Assembly (NCBI GenBank): GCA_037445715.1 | Contig: JBBIJZ010000001.1 | Coordinates: forward strand, 34,364 to 98,363 | Source of the DNA: Verrucomicrobiales bacterium | GTDB lineage: Bacteria; Verrucomicrobiota; Verrucomicrobiia; Limisphaerales; J093 | Length of the DNA stretch: 64,000 bases | Direction of reading: 5' to 3' | Part shown: piece by piece, positions 8,670 through 18,114 of the stretch | Position numbering within the stretch: the stretch's first letter is position 1 | How the letters are laid out: every line of letters starts with the position of its first letter | The notes under the pieces: model-generated | What the model saw: only the letters and a program-made list of their open reading frames with translations | What the model was told of the DNA's origin: nothing | Databases searched by the model: none | Made by a program: the position numbers and the translations under genes

Positions 8670-10832
8670 ATGAAGACACTTCTGTTCGTTTGCACCGGCA
8701 ACATTTGTCGCAGCCCCATGGCCGAGGGCCTGCTGCGCCATTTGACCCGTGAGCGCGGGGGGTACCAGGCCTTTTCGGCCGGCGTGGGCGCGGTCGAGGG
8801 CCAGGCCCCCAGCCCGGAAGCCGTCCGGGCGATGGCCGAGCTGGGCATTGACATCTCCGGCCAGCGCAGCCGGATGCTGACGCGCGAACTGGTTGCGCGG
8901 GCCGACTACATCTTCGCCATGACCCGCGGACACCTGGACACCATCCTGTTGCTCTACCCGGAAGCGGCGGAGAAAACCTTCCTGCTGCGCGAATTCGACA
9001 ACACCCTCGAGGAGTTCGAGAAAGACATCCCCGACCCCATTGGCGCGGGGATCGAGGCGTACCGCGAGTGCCGGGACAAACTGGAGCAGGGCATCGTGGC
9101 CCTGTTGCGGCACCTGGAGCAGACCGAGGCGCTCGCCACGCCGGCCCGGCCCCGCCCGCCCCGCCTGGTGCTGGGCGCGGACCACGCCGGATTCGCGCTC
9201 AAAGAGGCCGTCAAGGCGCACCTGACCGAACGCGGTTACGCGGTGGAAGACCTGGGCACGCACTCGACCGAATCCACGGATTACCCGGATTATGCCCGGG
9301 CCGTGGCGCGACGCGTGGCCGACGGCGAGGCGGATTTCGGCGTGTTGATCTGCTCGACGGGCATCGGGATGAGCATCGCCGCCAACAAGGTGCCCGGCGT
9401 GCGCGCGGCGCTGGTCTTCAACGAAGAGGGCGCCGCCCTGAGCCGCAGCCACAACGACGCGAACGTCCTGGCCCTGGGCGCCAGGTTCACCCCGCCCGAG
9501 GCGGCCGGCCCGATTCTGGACCGGTTTCTGAACACCGAGTTCGAGGGCGGCCGTCACGCCCGCCGCGTGAGCAAGCTCGAAGCGGACGCCGCGGCCTCGC
9601 CCCGCCTGGCCCGGGTGGACCCGGCCGTGGCCGCGGCCATCGAGCGCGAGCGCCGGCGCCAGCAGGAACACATCGAGTTGATCGCCTCGGAGAATTTCAC
9701 CAGCCCCGCCGTCATGGAGGCCCAGGGCAGCGTGCTCACCAACAAGTACGCCGAGGGTTACCCCCGCCGCCGCTGGTACGGCGGCTGCGAGCACGTGGAC
9801 GAGACCGAGCAACTGGCCCTGGACCGCGCCAAGCAGCTCTTCGGCGCCGAGCACGCCAACGTGCAACCCCACTCGGGCTCGAGCGCCAACATGGCCGTGT
9901 ACTTCGCCTTTCTCAAACCCGGCGACAAGCTGCTGACGATGGACCTCTGCCACGGCGGCCATCTCACCCACGGCCACCGCGCCAATTTCTCCGGCCGTTT
10001 CTTCGAGGTCGTCCATTACGGCGTGCGCCGCGACGACGAGCGGATTGACTACGACCAGCTTGCCGAACTGGCCCGCACCCACCGGCCGAAGATGATCACG
10101 GTGGGCGCCAGCGCCTACCCGCGCGTCATTGACTTCGAGCGCCTGGGCCGGATTGCCCGCGAGGTGGACGCGCTGCTGCTGGCGGACATCGCCCACATCG
10201 CCGGCCTGGTGGCCGCGGGCCTGCACCCCAGTCCGGTGCCGCACGCGGACTTCGTCACCACCACCACGCACAAGACCCTGCGCGGGCCGCGAGGCGGGTT
10301 GATCCTGTGCCGCGCGCAGTACGCCAGGGAGATTGACGCCCAGGTCTTCCCCGGCATCCAGGGCGGGCCGCTCGAGCACGTCATCGCCGCCAAGGCGGTA
10401 TGTTTCCAGGAGGCGCTCCAACCGGCCTTCCGCGAGTACCAGGCGCAGATCCTGGCCAACGCGCGGGCGCTGGCCGCCGGCCTGGCGCGCAACGGCTATC
10501 GGCTGGTCAGCGGCGGCACCGACAACCACCTCCTGCTGGTGGACGTGGGCGCGCGCGGGCTCACCGGCAAGGATTGCCAGGCCGCACTCGACGCCGCCGG
10601 CATCACGGTGAACAAAAACACCATCCCCTTCGAGACCCGCTCGCCCTTCCAGGCCAGCGGCATCCGCCTGGGCACCCCGGCCGTCACCACCCGCGGCATG
10701 AAGGAGCCGGAAATGGCGGCCATCGCCGACATGATCAGCGAGGTGCTCCTGGACCTGCAAAACCCCGAGCTGGCCCGCCAGGTCCGCCGCCGCGTGCTCG
10801 AGCTGACCGCGCGCTTCCCGCTGCCGTACTGA
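8670..10832 (+). CDS. glyA: Tri-domain fusion: LMW protein-tyrosine/arginine phosphatase + ribose-5-phosphate isomerase B + serine hydroxymethyltransferase
   Basis: One open frame with no stop. It contains [13 protein letters not shown] (LMW-PTP P-loop, ~8670-9120), [11 protein letters not shown]...[13 protein letters not shown] (RpiB, ~9162-9581), and [30 protein letters not shown]...[14 protein letters not shown] (SHMT PLP-Lys region, ~9606-10832). An in-frame TAA lies at 8658-8660. Confidence 0.85.
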   Translation: MKTLLFVCTGNICRSPMAEGLLRHLTRERGGYQAFSAGVGAVEGQAPSPEAVRAMAELGIDISGQRSRMLTRELVARADYIFAMTRGHLDTILLLYPEAAEKTFLLREFDNTLEEFEKDIPDPIGAGIEAYRECRDKLEQGIVALLRHLEQTEALATPARPRPPRLVLGADHAGFALKEAVKAHLTERGYAVEDLGTHSTESTDYPDYARAVARRVADGEADFGVLICSTGIGMSIAANKVPGVRAALVFNEEGAALSRSHNDANVLALGARFTPPEAAGPILDRFLNTEFEGGRHARRVSKLEADAAASPRLARVDPAVAAAIERERRRQQEHIELIASENFTSPAVMEAQGSVLTNKYAEGYPRRRWYGGCEHVDETEQLALDRAKQLFGAEHANVQPHSGSSANMAVYFAFLKPGDKLLTMDLCHGGHLTHGHRANFSGRFFEVVHYGVRRDDERIDYDQLAELARTHRPKMITVGASAYPRVIDFERLGRIAREVDALLLADIAHIAGLVAAGLHPSPVPHADFVTTTTHKTLRGPRGGLILCRAQYAREIDAQVFPGIQGGPLEHVIAAKAVCFQEALQPAFREYQAQILANARALAAGLARNGYRLVSGGTDNHLLLVDVGARGLTGKDCQAALDAAGITVNKNTIPFETRSPFQASGIRLGTPAVTTRGMKEPEMAAIADMISEVLLDLQNPELARQVRRRVLELTARFPLPY

Positions 10833-11060
10833 CGGCGGGCTTGCGACGCCCCCAACGCCGCACGCGGCCGTACGTCCAAGGGGGGACGTGCGCTTGCCAA
10901 GGTTTTGCCAGAACGGCGCGCTGAGTTCGGCCGGCTTGCCGTCGCCGGGGCCGGAGCAGATGACCGGCGGGGAAACTGCCGACCGCGGCCGCCACGGGCA
11001 CGAGGGGCTGTGCTACCCGCACGGCTTGTCGCACGCGGGGTGGCCGGGTACGGTCGGCCC

Positions 11061-12014
11061 ATGCAAGCACTCACCCGACGCACCTTTTTGGGGCATTCCC
11101 TGGTCGGACTGGCCGCCGCGGGCGTCGCGCCGCGGGTCCTGGCCGTCGGTCGCAAAAGCCCCGCCCGTCATCCCATTTACCTGGGCGGTCCGGTGTTTGA
11201 CGCGCCCGACGACCCCGAGGCGCTGGCGCGGGCCCATCGCGCCCTGGGATACGCGGCGGCGTATTGCCCGAACGTGCCGTTGACCGACACCGCCCGGCTG
11301 CGCGCCGTGCGCGAGGCCTTCGCGCGGCACGGGGTGGTGCTGGCCGAGGTGGGGCGGTGGGTGAACCTGCTCGAGGCCGACCCGGCCAAACGCGCGGCCA
11401 ACCTGCGCACCGTCACGGAAGGCCTGGCGCTGGCCGAGGAAGTCGGCGCCCGCTGCTGCGTGGACATCGCCGGCTCCTTCAACGAGCAGGTCTGGTACGG
11501 CCCGCATCCGGACAACCTGTCCCGGCGCTTCTACGACGCCGTGGTCGAAAACGCCCGCAAGATCATTGACGCGGTCAAACCCCGTCGCGCGAAGTTCGCC
11601 TACGAAATGATGGGCTGGGCCTTGCCGGACAGCCCCGACGCCTGCCTGAAGTTGATCCGGGCCGTGGACCGCCCCGCCTTCGCGGTGCACCTGGACCCGT
11701 GCAACCTGATCAACTCCCCGAGCCGCTTCTACCAAAACACCGCGCTGATCGAGGAGTGCTTCGACAAGCTGGGCCGCTGGATCGTGAGCTGCCACGCCAA
11801 GGACCTGGCCTGGCAGGTCGAGATGAACGTGCACTTCCGCGAGGTCATCCCCGGCCTCGGCCAACTGGACTACGCGACCTACCTGCGCCGTCTGGCCGCG
11901 CTGCCCCAGCAGCCCCCGCTCATGCTCGAACACCTGGCCAACGCCGCCGAGTACCGTCAGGCCGCCGCGCACATCCGCCGGGTGGGCGAAGCGGCGGGCC
12001 TGCGCTTCGCATGA
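11061..12014 (+). CDS. Sugar phosphate isomerase/epimerase (xylose-isomerase-like TIM barrel) with Tat-type signal
   Basis: MQALTRRTFLGHSLVGLAAAGVAPRVLA twin-arginine leader. TIM-barrel family features (AEVGRW, CVDIAGSF, MLEHL). Confidence 0.7.
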   Translation: MQALTRRTFLGHSLVGLAAAGVAPRVLAVGRKSPARHPIYLGGPVFDAPDDPEALARAHRALGYAAAYCPNVPLTDTARLRAVREAFARHGVVLAEVGRWVNLLEADPAKRAANLRTVTEGLALAEEVGARCCVDIAGSFNEQVWYGPHPDNLSRRFYDAVVENARKIIDAVKPRRAKFAYEMMGWALPDSPDACLKLIRAVDRPAFAVHLDPCNLINSPSRFYQNTALIEECFDKLGRWIVSCHAKDLAWQVEMNVHFREVIPGLGQLDYATYLRRLAALPQQPPLMLEHLANAAEYRQAAAHIRRVGEAAGLRFA

Positions 12015-13135
12015 GCGCGGCGACGGCCAGGCTCCCCGAGCCGGACCTGCCGGACCCGCTGCGCCCGGCCTCGCCCACCGAGGTCTGGTGGCGCGGGCGG
12101 CGCTGGGTTTACTTTGGCGGTTGCGATTACTACCGGCTGTCCCATCACCTCCACGTCCGGGCGGCGGCGGCCGCAACCCTGGCACGGGAAGGTCTGGGCG
12201 TGGCGGCCTCGCGACTGACCACCGGCAACCACCCGCTGTACGAGGAACTCGAGGCCTGGCTGGCGAAGTTTCTGCGCCTGCCCCGGGCCCTGGTGGTGGA
12301 TTCCGGTTACGCCGCCAACCTGGTGGTGGCCCAGGCCCTGGCGGGCGAGGCCACGCACGCCTGGCTCGACGCCCGCGCCCACCCCAGCGTGCGCGACGCC
12401 GCGGCGCTGCTGGGCTGCCGTGTGGCCGCCTTCAACCACCGCGACCCGGACGACTTGCGTCGTCGCCTCGCCCGGCTGCCGCGGAGTGCCCGGCCGGTGG
12501 TCTGGACCGATGGCGTGTTTGCCCACGATGGCTCGGTGGCGCCGCTGGGCGAGTACCTCGAGGCCCTGCCTGCGCGCGGCCGGCTGGTGGTGGATGATGC
12601 CCACGGCCTGGGCGTGCTCGGTCCAAAGGGCCGCGGCAGCCTCGAAGCCTGCGGCGTGGCGGACCGCCGGGTGATTCTGACCGGTACCTTGAGCAAGGCC
12701 CTGGGCGGCTTTGGCGGCGTGGTGGCGGCTGAGGCGCCCTTCCTCGCGCGCGTGGTGGCGCGCAGCCGGGCCTTTGCCGGGAGTACCCCGCCGCCGTTGC
12801 CGGCCGTTGCGGCGGCGCTGGCGGCGGGGCGGATGATTGCCGCGGACGCGGCGTTGCGCGCCCGGCTGCGCGCCAAGGCGGTTCGGGTGCGGGCGGCGGC
12901 GCGCGCGGCCGGATGGGAGGCTCCGGAACCGGACACCCCCATCCTGGCCGTGGTACCACGCCACCCGGCCGAGACCGCGCGCTGGCGACGGCGGCTGTTG
13001 GCGCGGGGGATTTATCCGACGTTGATTCAGTACCCGGGCGGGCCGCCGGGCGGGTATTTCCGGTTCGCCATTTCCAGCGAGCACCGGCCGGAGGAGCTGG
13101 CGCGGTTGATCGAGGTCTTGCGAGCCGGGACGTGA
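12011..13135 (+). CDS. Alpha-oxoamine synthase family PLP enzyme (BioF/Kbl-like 8-amino-7-oxononanoate synthase family)
   Basis: GVAASRLTTGNHPLYEELE, DSGYAANL, DDAHGLGVLG, TLSKALGGFGG (PLP lysine). The ATG overlaps the upstream stop (ATGA at 12011-12014). Confidence 0.75.
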   Translation: MSAATARLPEPDLPDPLRPASPTEVWWRGRRWVYFGGCDYYRLSHHLHVRAAAAATLAREGLGVAASRLTTGNHPLYEELEAWLAKFLRLPRALVVDSGYAANLVVAQALAGEATHAWLDARAHPSVRDAAALLGCRVAAFNHRDPDDLRRRLARLPRSARPVVWTDGVFAHDGSVAPLGEYLEALPARGRLVVDDAHGLGVLGPKGRGSLEACGVADRRVILTGTLSKALGGFGGVVAAEAPFLARVVARSRAFAGSTPPPLPAVAAALAAGRMIAADAALRARLRAKAVRVRAAARAAGWEAPEPDTPILAVVPRHPAETARWRRRLLARGIYPTLIQYPGGPPGGYFRFAISSEHRPEELARLIEVLRAGT

Positions 13136-13175
13136 GGCCGCCGGCGAGCGCCGTGTCGCGCCGGTTCGCGCGCGC

Positions 13176-15986
13176 TCACCAGCGCAGGCGAAAGAAGCGG
13201 TGCGCCTCCGCGGAGCGCGGCAGTTCGATGGCGTAGGCGGGCTGCTCGGGTTGCCACGCCTCGACGGTCGTCCAGTCGCGCAGGTCGTAGGAAGCTTCCA
13301 GCACTTGCGCCAGTCCGGGCGGCGAGGCGATGTGCAGCCGCACCGCGCCGGCGGCGGATTCGGCGCGGACGAAGCGCGGTCCGGGCTCCAGCGCCACCAC
13401 GGCCACGCCTTCCGCCGGCAGTTCCAGGCGCCAGCCGTCGCCCGCTTCCGGCAGGCGCCGGCCCGTGATCAGTTCCGTGGCCGCCGCCGGGGGCCGTGCC
13501 AGTCCGGTCCCGGACTCGACCCGCAGCACGCCGCTCTGGGCGGTCGTGGCGGTGTTCAACGCGGTCAGGTACACCGCGCCGTCGGCGCCGGGGCCGAACC
13601 GCTCCAGCCACAATGCCGGGTTGTCGCCGCGCGCGCCGGTGACCGGCTGCCAGCCGGCTTCAGCCACCCGCCGGATGAGCGGGATGTACTTTTGGAACAG
13701 CGGCCGGTCCCGGTTGTACCAGGCGGGGTTGCGCCAGTACGGGTTCTCGGCGGCGTTGTGGCTGAACATCGAGGGGAACATGCCGTAAAACAGACTGCGC
13801 TGGAAATAGCGCTCGACCAGGTTGGTGGTGAACCGGTCGTAGTCGGTGTTCATCAGCAGCAGGTACGGCTTGGCGCCGGCCAGGGTCCGCCAGAGGGCCA
13901 TCTGGGCGTGCGACGCCGGGCGGTATTCGCCGCCGGGCAACCAGTCGGTTTCGGTGCCCAGCACATCCAGCCAGCCGCACAGGAAGCCGTAGCGATAGGG
14001 CACGCCGTTGGCGAAGACCAGCCCGCCGAGCCGGTGCACGTCCTCGCTGATCCAGCGGGTGAACTCGTAAATCGCCAGCCCCTTGAACAGCGCCGGGCGG
14101 CGGGTGTCCGGGGCGAAGCTCAGCGGCACGGTGGTGAACCGGAAATGCTCGCGGCGGAAGTTCAGGTCGGCGGTGACGTAGCCCTCGAGCGAGTCGAGGT
14201 ACTCGCCGTCGAGGCGGGCGGTGAGGTTCGAGCCGTAGAGGCGGGCTTTCACGGCGTCGTTCCAGTGGAGGGTGGCGGCGTTGGGCGAGGCGGGCAGGGC
14301 GGGGTTGGGGTTGAGGCTCCAGACCGCGCCGTTGGCCCAGGGTTCGTTGCGGAAGAGCAGGGCCGGTTGACCGTCAGCGTCGTGCATGGCGGCGTCGCGG
14401 CTCACCCGGGCCATGTCGCGATGGAAGCCGGCCGGGCCTTCGGCGTAGGTGTCGCGCACGCGCAGGGCCTCGGCCAGCGTGCGCGGCAGTTCGGGCGCCA
14501 TGGGCATCCACCAGGTCATCGGTTCGGTGTAGCGGAAGCTGAGGATGTCGTGGGCGTCGTCCCAGGCCACGGCGTTGTCGCCTTCCTTGAAGCGGAAGCC
14601 GAAGTCCTCCCAGCCCTGCACGGTGCTGATGTCGGTGAAGGGCATCCAGAGGCCCTGGCGGCGGGCGCGCACCGCGAAGCGCTCGGGCCAGATTTCCGCG
14701 AATTTCCGGAAGGCCGCGCGAAAGCCCCAGGCCGGCGCGAAGCGGTACAGCACCAGCCCGAAGTCGGCACTGTTGGGAAACTGCTCACTCTCGGGCACCA
14801 GCCCCAGATCGAAGGCCGCGCAGAATTGCCGCGTGCCGGCGTGGTAGAACCACCGGAACTGGGCCGGCCGATCGTAGTCCCAGCCCAGCGCCAGCCCCGC
14901 GTCCGCGCCGTGCACCGCCGCGACCGGGTAGGTGGACATCGTGCCGGTGGTGCCGGCGCCGACGGCCTGGGCGGCGAGAAACTCGCCGTTGCCGCTGATG
15001 GGGCGGCTGCGCCGGATGTCATCGCCCCAGCTCCAGCCGGTCGCATCCAAGGGCAGGGCAAAGACCAGCAGGAGGGCGCGGTCGCCCCCGCGGCGGTTGG
15101 TCAGGCGGCCGCGCAAACGCAGGTGGTCCGCCCGGGCCTCGACGCGCAAATCCAGCGCCAGGCCCAGTTCGGCGCATTCGCCGTTCTCGAAGGCAAACGC
15201 ATCCGAGTCCGCCGTCACATCGCGGGCAAAGAAACCGCCATGGGCCGGTCCGGCCAGTTCGCGGCCATCCAGTTGCAGGGACACCACGCGCGCGCCGGCC
15301 AGGCCCAGCCGCAGCCCATCGGCCGTGGCAAAACTGGCCGTGGCCGCGGGCGGCGGATTGGTCGGCAGCACCGGAAGCATCGGCGTGCCCTGGAACAGGA
15401 CGGCCGGGCCGTCGGCGGTGACTTCCGTGACCGAGACGTCGTCGAACCACACCGAGCCCGCGTGTCCCCGCAACAGGCAGTGCAGGGTCAGGCTGCGGAC
15501 CGGTTTCTCCGGGAGGATGATCACCTCGCGCGCTTGCCAGTCGTGGGTGCCGGTCGCGAAGTTCGCCGTTTGCCCCCACAACGGCGTGCCGTCGTCGTAG
15601 ATGAGGTCGGCGTACAGCGAGTAGCCGCTGTCGGCGCTGCCCGAGACGCCCTCGGCCCGGCTCCAGCCGCGCACGATCAGCGGGGCGACGGTCTTGCGAT
15701 TGAGGGTCAGCGTCTGGCTGGCGCCGCGCCAGCCGCTGGTGTCCGGCGCCGAGCAGCGGAGGGCGTTCGAGCCCTGGCGGCCTTCACCGGCGGCCGCCTG
15801 GTAGCCCTGGGGCGCGGCGGACCAATACAGGAAACTGCCGCCGCTGCGTTGCTCGAATTCGCCATTGCGGAGCAGGGTGGTTCCGGGGCCGCTGCTGACC
15901 ACCCGCAGCACCGGCGCGGCCGCCACGAGCGCGCTCGCCAGCCCGCCCACCAGCGCCCGGCCCGGCCACCATGCGAACCGTTTCAT
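13176..15986 (-). CDS. Large secreted protein of unknown function (N-terminal CBM-like beta-sandwich, central uncharacterised region, C-terminal 'RFFRLRW' module)
   Basis: 937-aa ORF with signal peptide (MKRFAWWPGRALVGGLASALVAAAP). The N-terminal NGEFEQ...YW...GSNALRC block resembles CBM4/9-type modules. I recognise no catalytic motif. Confidence 0.6.
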   Translation of the reverse strand: MKRFAWWPGRALVGGLASALVAAAPVLRVVSSGPGTTLLRNGEFEQRSGGSFLYWSAAPQGYQAAAGEGRQGSNALRCSAPDTSGWRGASQTLTLNRKTVAPLIVRGWSRAEGVSGSADSGYSLYADLIYDDGTPLWGQTANFATGTHDWQAREVIILPEKPVRSLTLHCLLRGHAGSVWFDDVSVTEVTADGPAVLFQGTPMLPVLPTNPPPAATASFATADGLRLGLAGARVVSLQLDGRELAGPAHGGFFARDVTADSDAFAFENGECAELGLALDLRVEARADHLRLRGRLTNRRGGDRALLLVFALPLDATGWSWGDDIRRSRPISGNGEFLAAQAVGAGTTGTMSTYPVAAVHGADAGLALGWDYDRPAQFRWFYHAGTRQFCAAFDLGLVPESEQFPNSADFGLVLYRFAPAWGFRAAFRKFAEIWPERFAVRARRQGLWMPFTDISTVQGWEDFGFRFKEGDNAVAWDDAHDILSFRYTEPMTWWMPMAPELPRTLAEALRVRDTYAEGPAGFHRDMARVSRDAAMHDADGQPALLFRNEPWANGAVWSLNPNPALPASPNAATLHWNDAVKARLYGSNLTARLDGEYLDSLEGYVTADLNFRREHFRFTTVPLSFAPDTRRPALFKGLAIYEFTRWISEDVHRLGGLVFANGVPYRYGFLCGWLDVLGTETDWLPGGEYRPASHAQMALWRTLAGAKPYLLLMNTDYDRFTTNLVERYFQRSLFYGMFPSMFSHNAAENPYWRNPAWYNRDRPLFQKYIPLIRRVAEAGWQPVTGARGDNPALWLERFGPGADGAVYLTALNTATTAQSGVLRVESGTGLARPPAAATELITGRRLPEAGDGWRLELPAEGVAVVALEPGPRFVRAESAAGAVRLHIASPPGLAQVLEASYDLRDWTTVEAWQPEQPAYAIELPRSAEAHRFFRLRW

Positions 15987-16084
15987 GACTCGGCCCCAAC
16001 ATCGGCGAAACCCCCGCGCCAGCCAAGCCCGGAACCGGACCCGGCGGCGCAAGGCCGTACTTCCGCTTCCCAGGTCGGGGGCCT

Positions 16085-17137
16085 ATGCTGCCGACCCGGA
16101 TGAACCATGTGCTGAGTCGTTTCCCCGTGGCCCGGCCCCGGCGGTTGCGGCAATCGCCCGCCTTGCGGCGGCTGGTGGCTGAAACGCGGCTGAGTGCGGA
16201 GCAGTTGGTGTTGCCGTTGTTTGTTCGGCCGGGCCGCAAGTTGCGTCGGCCGGTGGCCGCCATGCCCGGGGTGTGCCAGCTCTCGCCGGATGAGTTGCTG
16301 GTCGAGGCCCGGCAGGCGTATGCGGCCGGGGTGCCGGCAGTGTTGTTGTTTGGCATCCCGGACCGCAAGGATGCACGGGCCTCCGGCGCGTATGCCGCCG
16401 ATGGCATCGTGCAGCAGGCCGTGCGGCTGCTCAAACGCGAGCTGCCCGGGTTGCTGGTCATCACCGACGTGTGTCTTTGCGAGTACATGAGCCACGGCCA
16501 TTGCGGCATCGTGAAGCCGGTCCGCGGCGGCGGGGCGCGCATCTTGAACGACCCGACGCTGACGTTGCTGGCCCGCACGGCCGTCAGCCACGCCGAGGCC
16601 GGCGCCGACCTGGTGGCGCCCAGCGACATGATGGACGGCCGCGTGGCGGCCATCCGCGCGGCCCTGGACCGGGCGGGGTTTACCGAGACGCCCATCATGG
16701 CCTACGCGGCCAAGTACGCCTCCGCCTTTTACGGGCCATTCCGCGAAGCGGCGGAATCGGCGCCGCGGTTCGGCGACCGCCGCAGTTACCAAATGGCGCC
16801 GCCGAACGCGGCCGAGGCGATGCGCGAGGTGGCCCTGGACCTGGCCGAGGGCGCGGACATCGTGATGGTCAAGCCCGCCCTGGCTTACCTGGACATCGTG
16901 TACCGGGTGAAGGCGGAGTTCGGCTATCCGACGGCCGCCTACGCGGTCAGCGGTGAATACTCGATGATCAAGGCGGCCGCCGCCCATGGCTGGCTGGACG
17001 AACGGGCGGTGACGTTGGAAACCCTGCTGGCGCTGCGGCGGGCGGGGGCGGACATTCTGATCACCTACGCCGCGGTGGACGTGGCGCGGTGGTTGCGGGA
17101 GGAGGCGGAAGGGCGGCTCAGTTCTGCACGTTCATGA
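16085..17137 (+). CDS. hemB: Porphobilinogen synthase (delta-aminolevulinate dehydratase), Zn-type
   Basis: RPRRLRQSPALRRLVAETRLSAEQLVLPLFV, Cys-rich Zn site DVCLCEYMSHGHCG, active-site regions VAPSDMMDGRV and MVKPALAYLD. Confidence 0.95.
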   Translation: MLPTRMNHVLSRFPVARPRRLRQSPALRRLVAETRLSAEQLVLPLFVRPGRKLRRPVAAMPGVCQLSPDELLVEARQAYAAGVPAVLLFGIPDRKDARASGAYAADGIVQQAVRLLKRELPGLLVITDVCLCEYMSHGHCGIVKPVRGGGARILNDPTLTLLARTAVSHAEAGADLVAPSDMMDGRVAAIRAALDRAGFTETPIMAYAAKYASAFYGPFREAAESAPRFGDRRSYQMAPPNAAEAMREVALDLAEGADIVMVKPALAYLDIVYRVKAEFGYPTAAYAVSGEYSMIKAAAAHGWLDERAVTLETLLALRRAGADILITYAAVDVARWLREEAEGRLSSARS

Positions 17138-17630
17138 TCGAGTACACGATCAGCACGATGATGATCAGGCCCAGCGCCAGTCCGCCGTAGAGGAAGAGCT
17201 TGTTGAGCTTGTCGCTTTTCCGGGCAAAGGCGGTGGCCACCACCGGCTTGCCGGCCTTGTCCAGTTCGCCCAGCTTCACCCCGCCGATGGGCATCGTTTG
17301 CTGGGCCGGTTTGCGCGCGCCGGGCGCTCCGGCGGGGGGCTGGCGACCGTCCTCCAGGCGCAATTCGACCTTGCCCAAGCGCAGAATCTGCCCGGGCTTG
17401 AGCGGGGCCTCGGTGATGGGTTGGTCGTTGATGTAGGTGCCGTTGGTCGAGTTGAGGTCTTTGACGATGACCTCGCCGCCCCGCAGGATAATTTCGCAGT
17501 GGTGACTGGAGACCGAGGGCTCGGCAATTTGAAAGTTGTTGTCTTCCAGGCGCCCCACCGTGGTCCGCTCACTTTTCAACTCGTGGGCGGTACCGGCAAA
17601 CCCTTCAGTCAGGACAACAAGCTTGGCCAT
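17118..17630 (-). CDS. FHA-domain protein with C-terminal transmembrane anchor
   Basis: FHA core TVGRLEDNNFQIAEPSVSSHHCEI...STNGTYINDQPI. C-terminal hydrophobic LFLYGGLALGLIIIVLIVYSI. Start taken at MAKLVVL (ATG 17630). Confidence 0.8.
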   Translation of the reverse strand: MAKLVVLTEGFAGTAHELKSERTTVGRLEDNNFQIAEPSVSSHHCEIILRGGEVIVKDLNSTNGTYINDQPITEAPLKPGQILRLGKVELRLEDGRQPPAGAPGARKPAQQTMPIGGVKLGELDKAGKPVVATAFARKSDKLNKLFLYGGLALGLIIIVLIVYSIMNVQN

Positions 17631-18060
17631 GGAAGGCAGGTAACTCCGCGCGATTATTCGGCGGGGGAGGACCAAGTCAAACCGTTTCTGGCCGCGCGAA
17701 AATTATTCGGGCAGTTCGGCTGCAACAGTGTTCCACCGGGATAACCGAAAGCCGAGCGACGCCGCCTGGAAAGTCAAAGTCCGAAACGAAATGCCCACCG
17801 GAACGGTCCGGGGAGCAAACGGCAACGGCGCTTTGCTGCCCGGATGGAGCAAGATCAACCACGGGCGGAGTGTTTGCGCCACGGACCAACGCATCGTCAC
17901 CCCGACAGGCGGGTGAATATCTCTGGGGCCGGCGGCCCGGCATGTCAGGCGCGGGCAAGTCTTCCGGGGTTTGTTTTCCGGGGTCGGAAAAAACGAGGGG
18001 TACCCTGGGGCCGACGAGAAATTGTTGGCGCAACGGGGGTCGGATTTGGAATAAAGCGAC

Positions 18061-18089
18061 TTGACAAAGAGGGGGAAGGCTTGGAGATT
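18061..18089 (+). promoter_or_regulatory. Candidate sigma70-type promoter for cysI (TTGACA, 17 nt, GAGATT)
   Basis: Perfect -35 hexamer at 18061-18066. Weak -10 at 18084-18089 (A2 and T6 conserved), ~25 nt upstream of ATG 18115. Confidence 0.3.
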
Positions 18090-18114
18090 CCTTCAAATCT
18101 TGCGCGACATTGTC

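Noticed and set aside
6453-10760. A 1435-aa minus-strand ORF spanning the GH10, sulfatase and glyA-fusion loci.
   Set aside because: It is antisense to three genes with clear family motifs. Its translation is Arg/Gly/Ala/Pro-rich low complexity with no motif. This is the typical stop-codon-poor antisense frame of high-GC DNA.
13200-16103. A 967-aa plus-strand ORF opposite the 937-aa secreted protein.
   Set aside because: The minus frame has a signal peptide, aromatic-rich conserved-looking blocks and the shared RFFRL module. The plus frame is Gly/Arg/Ala low complexity.
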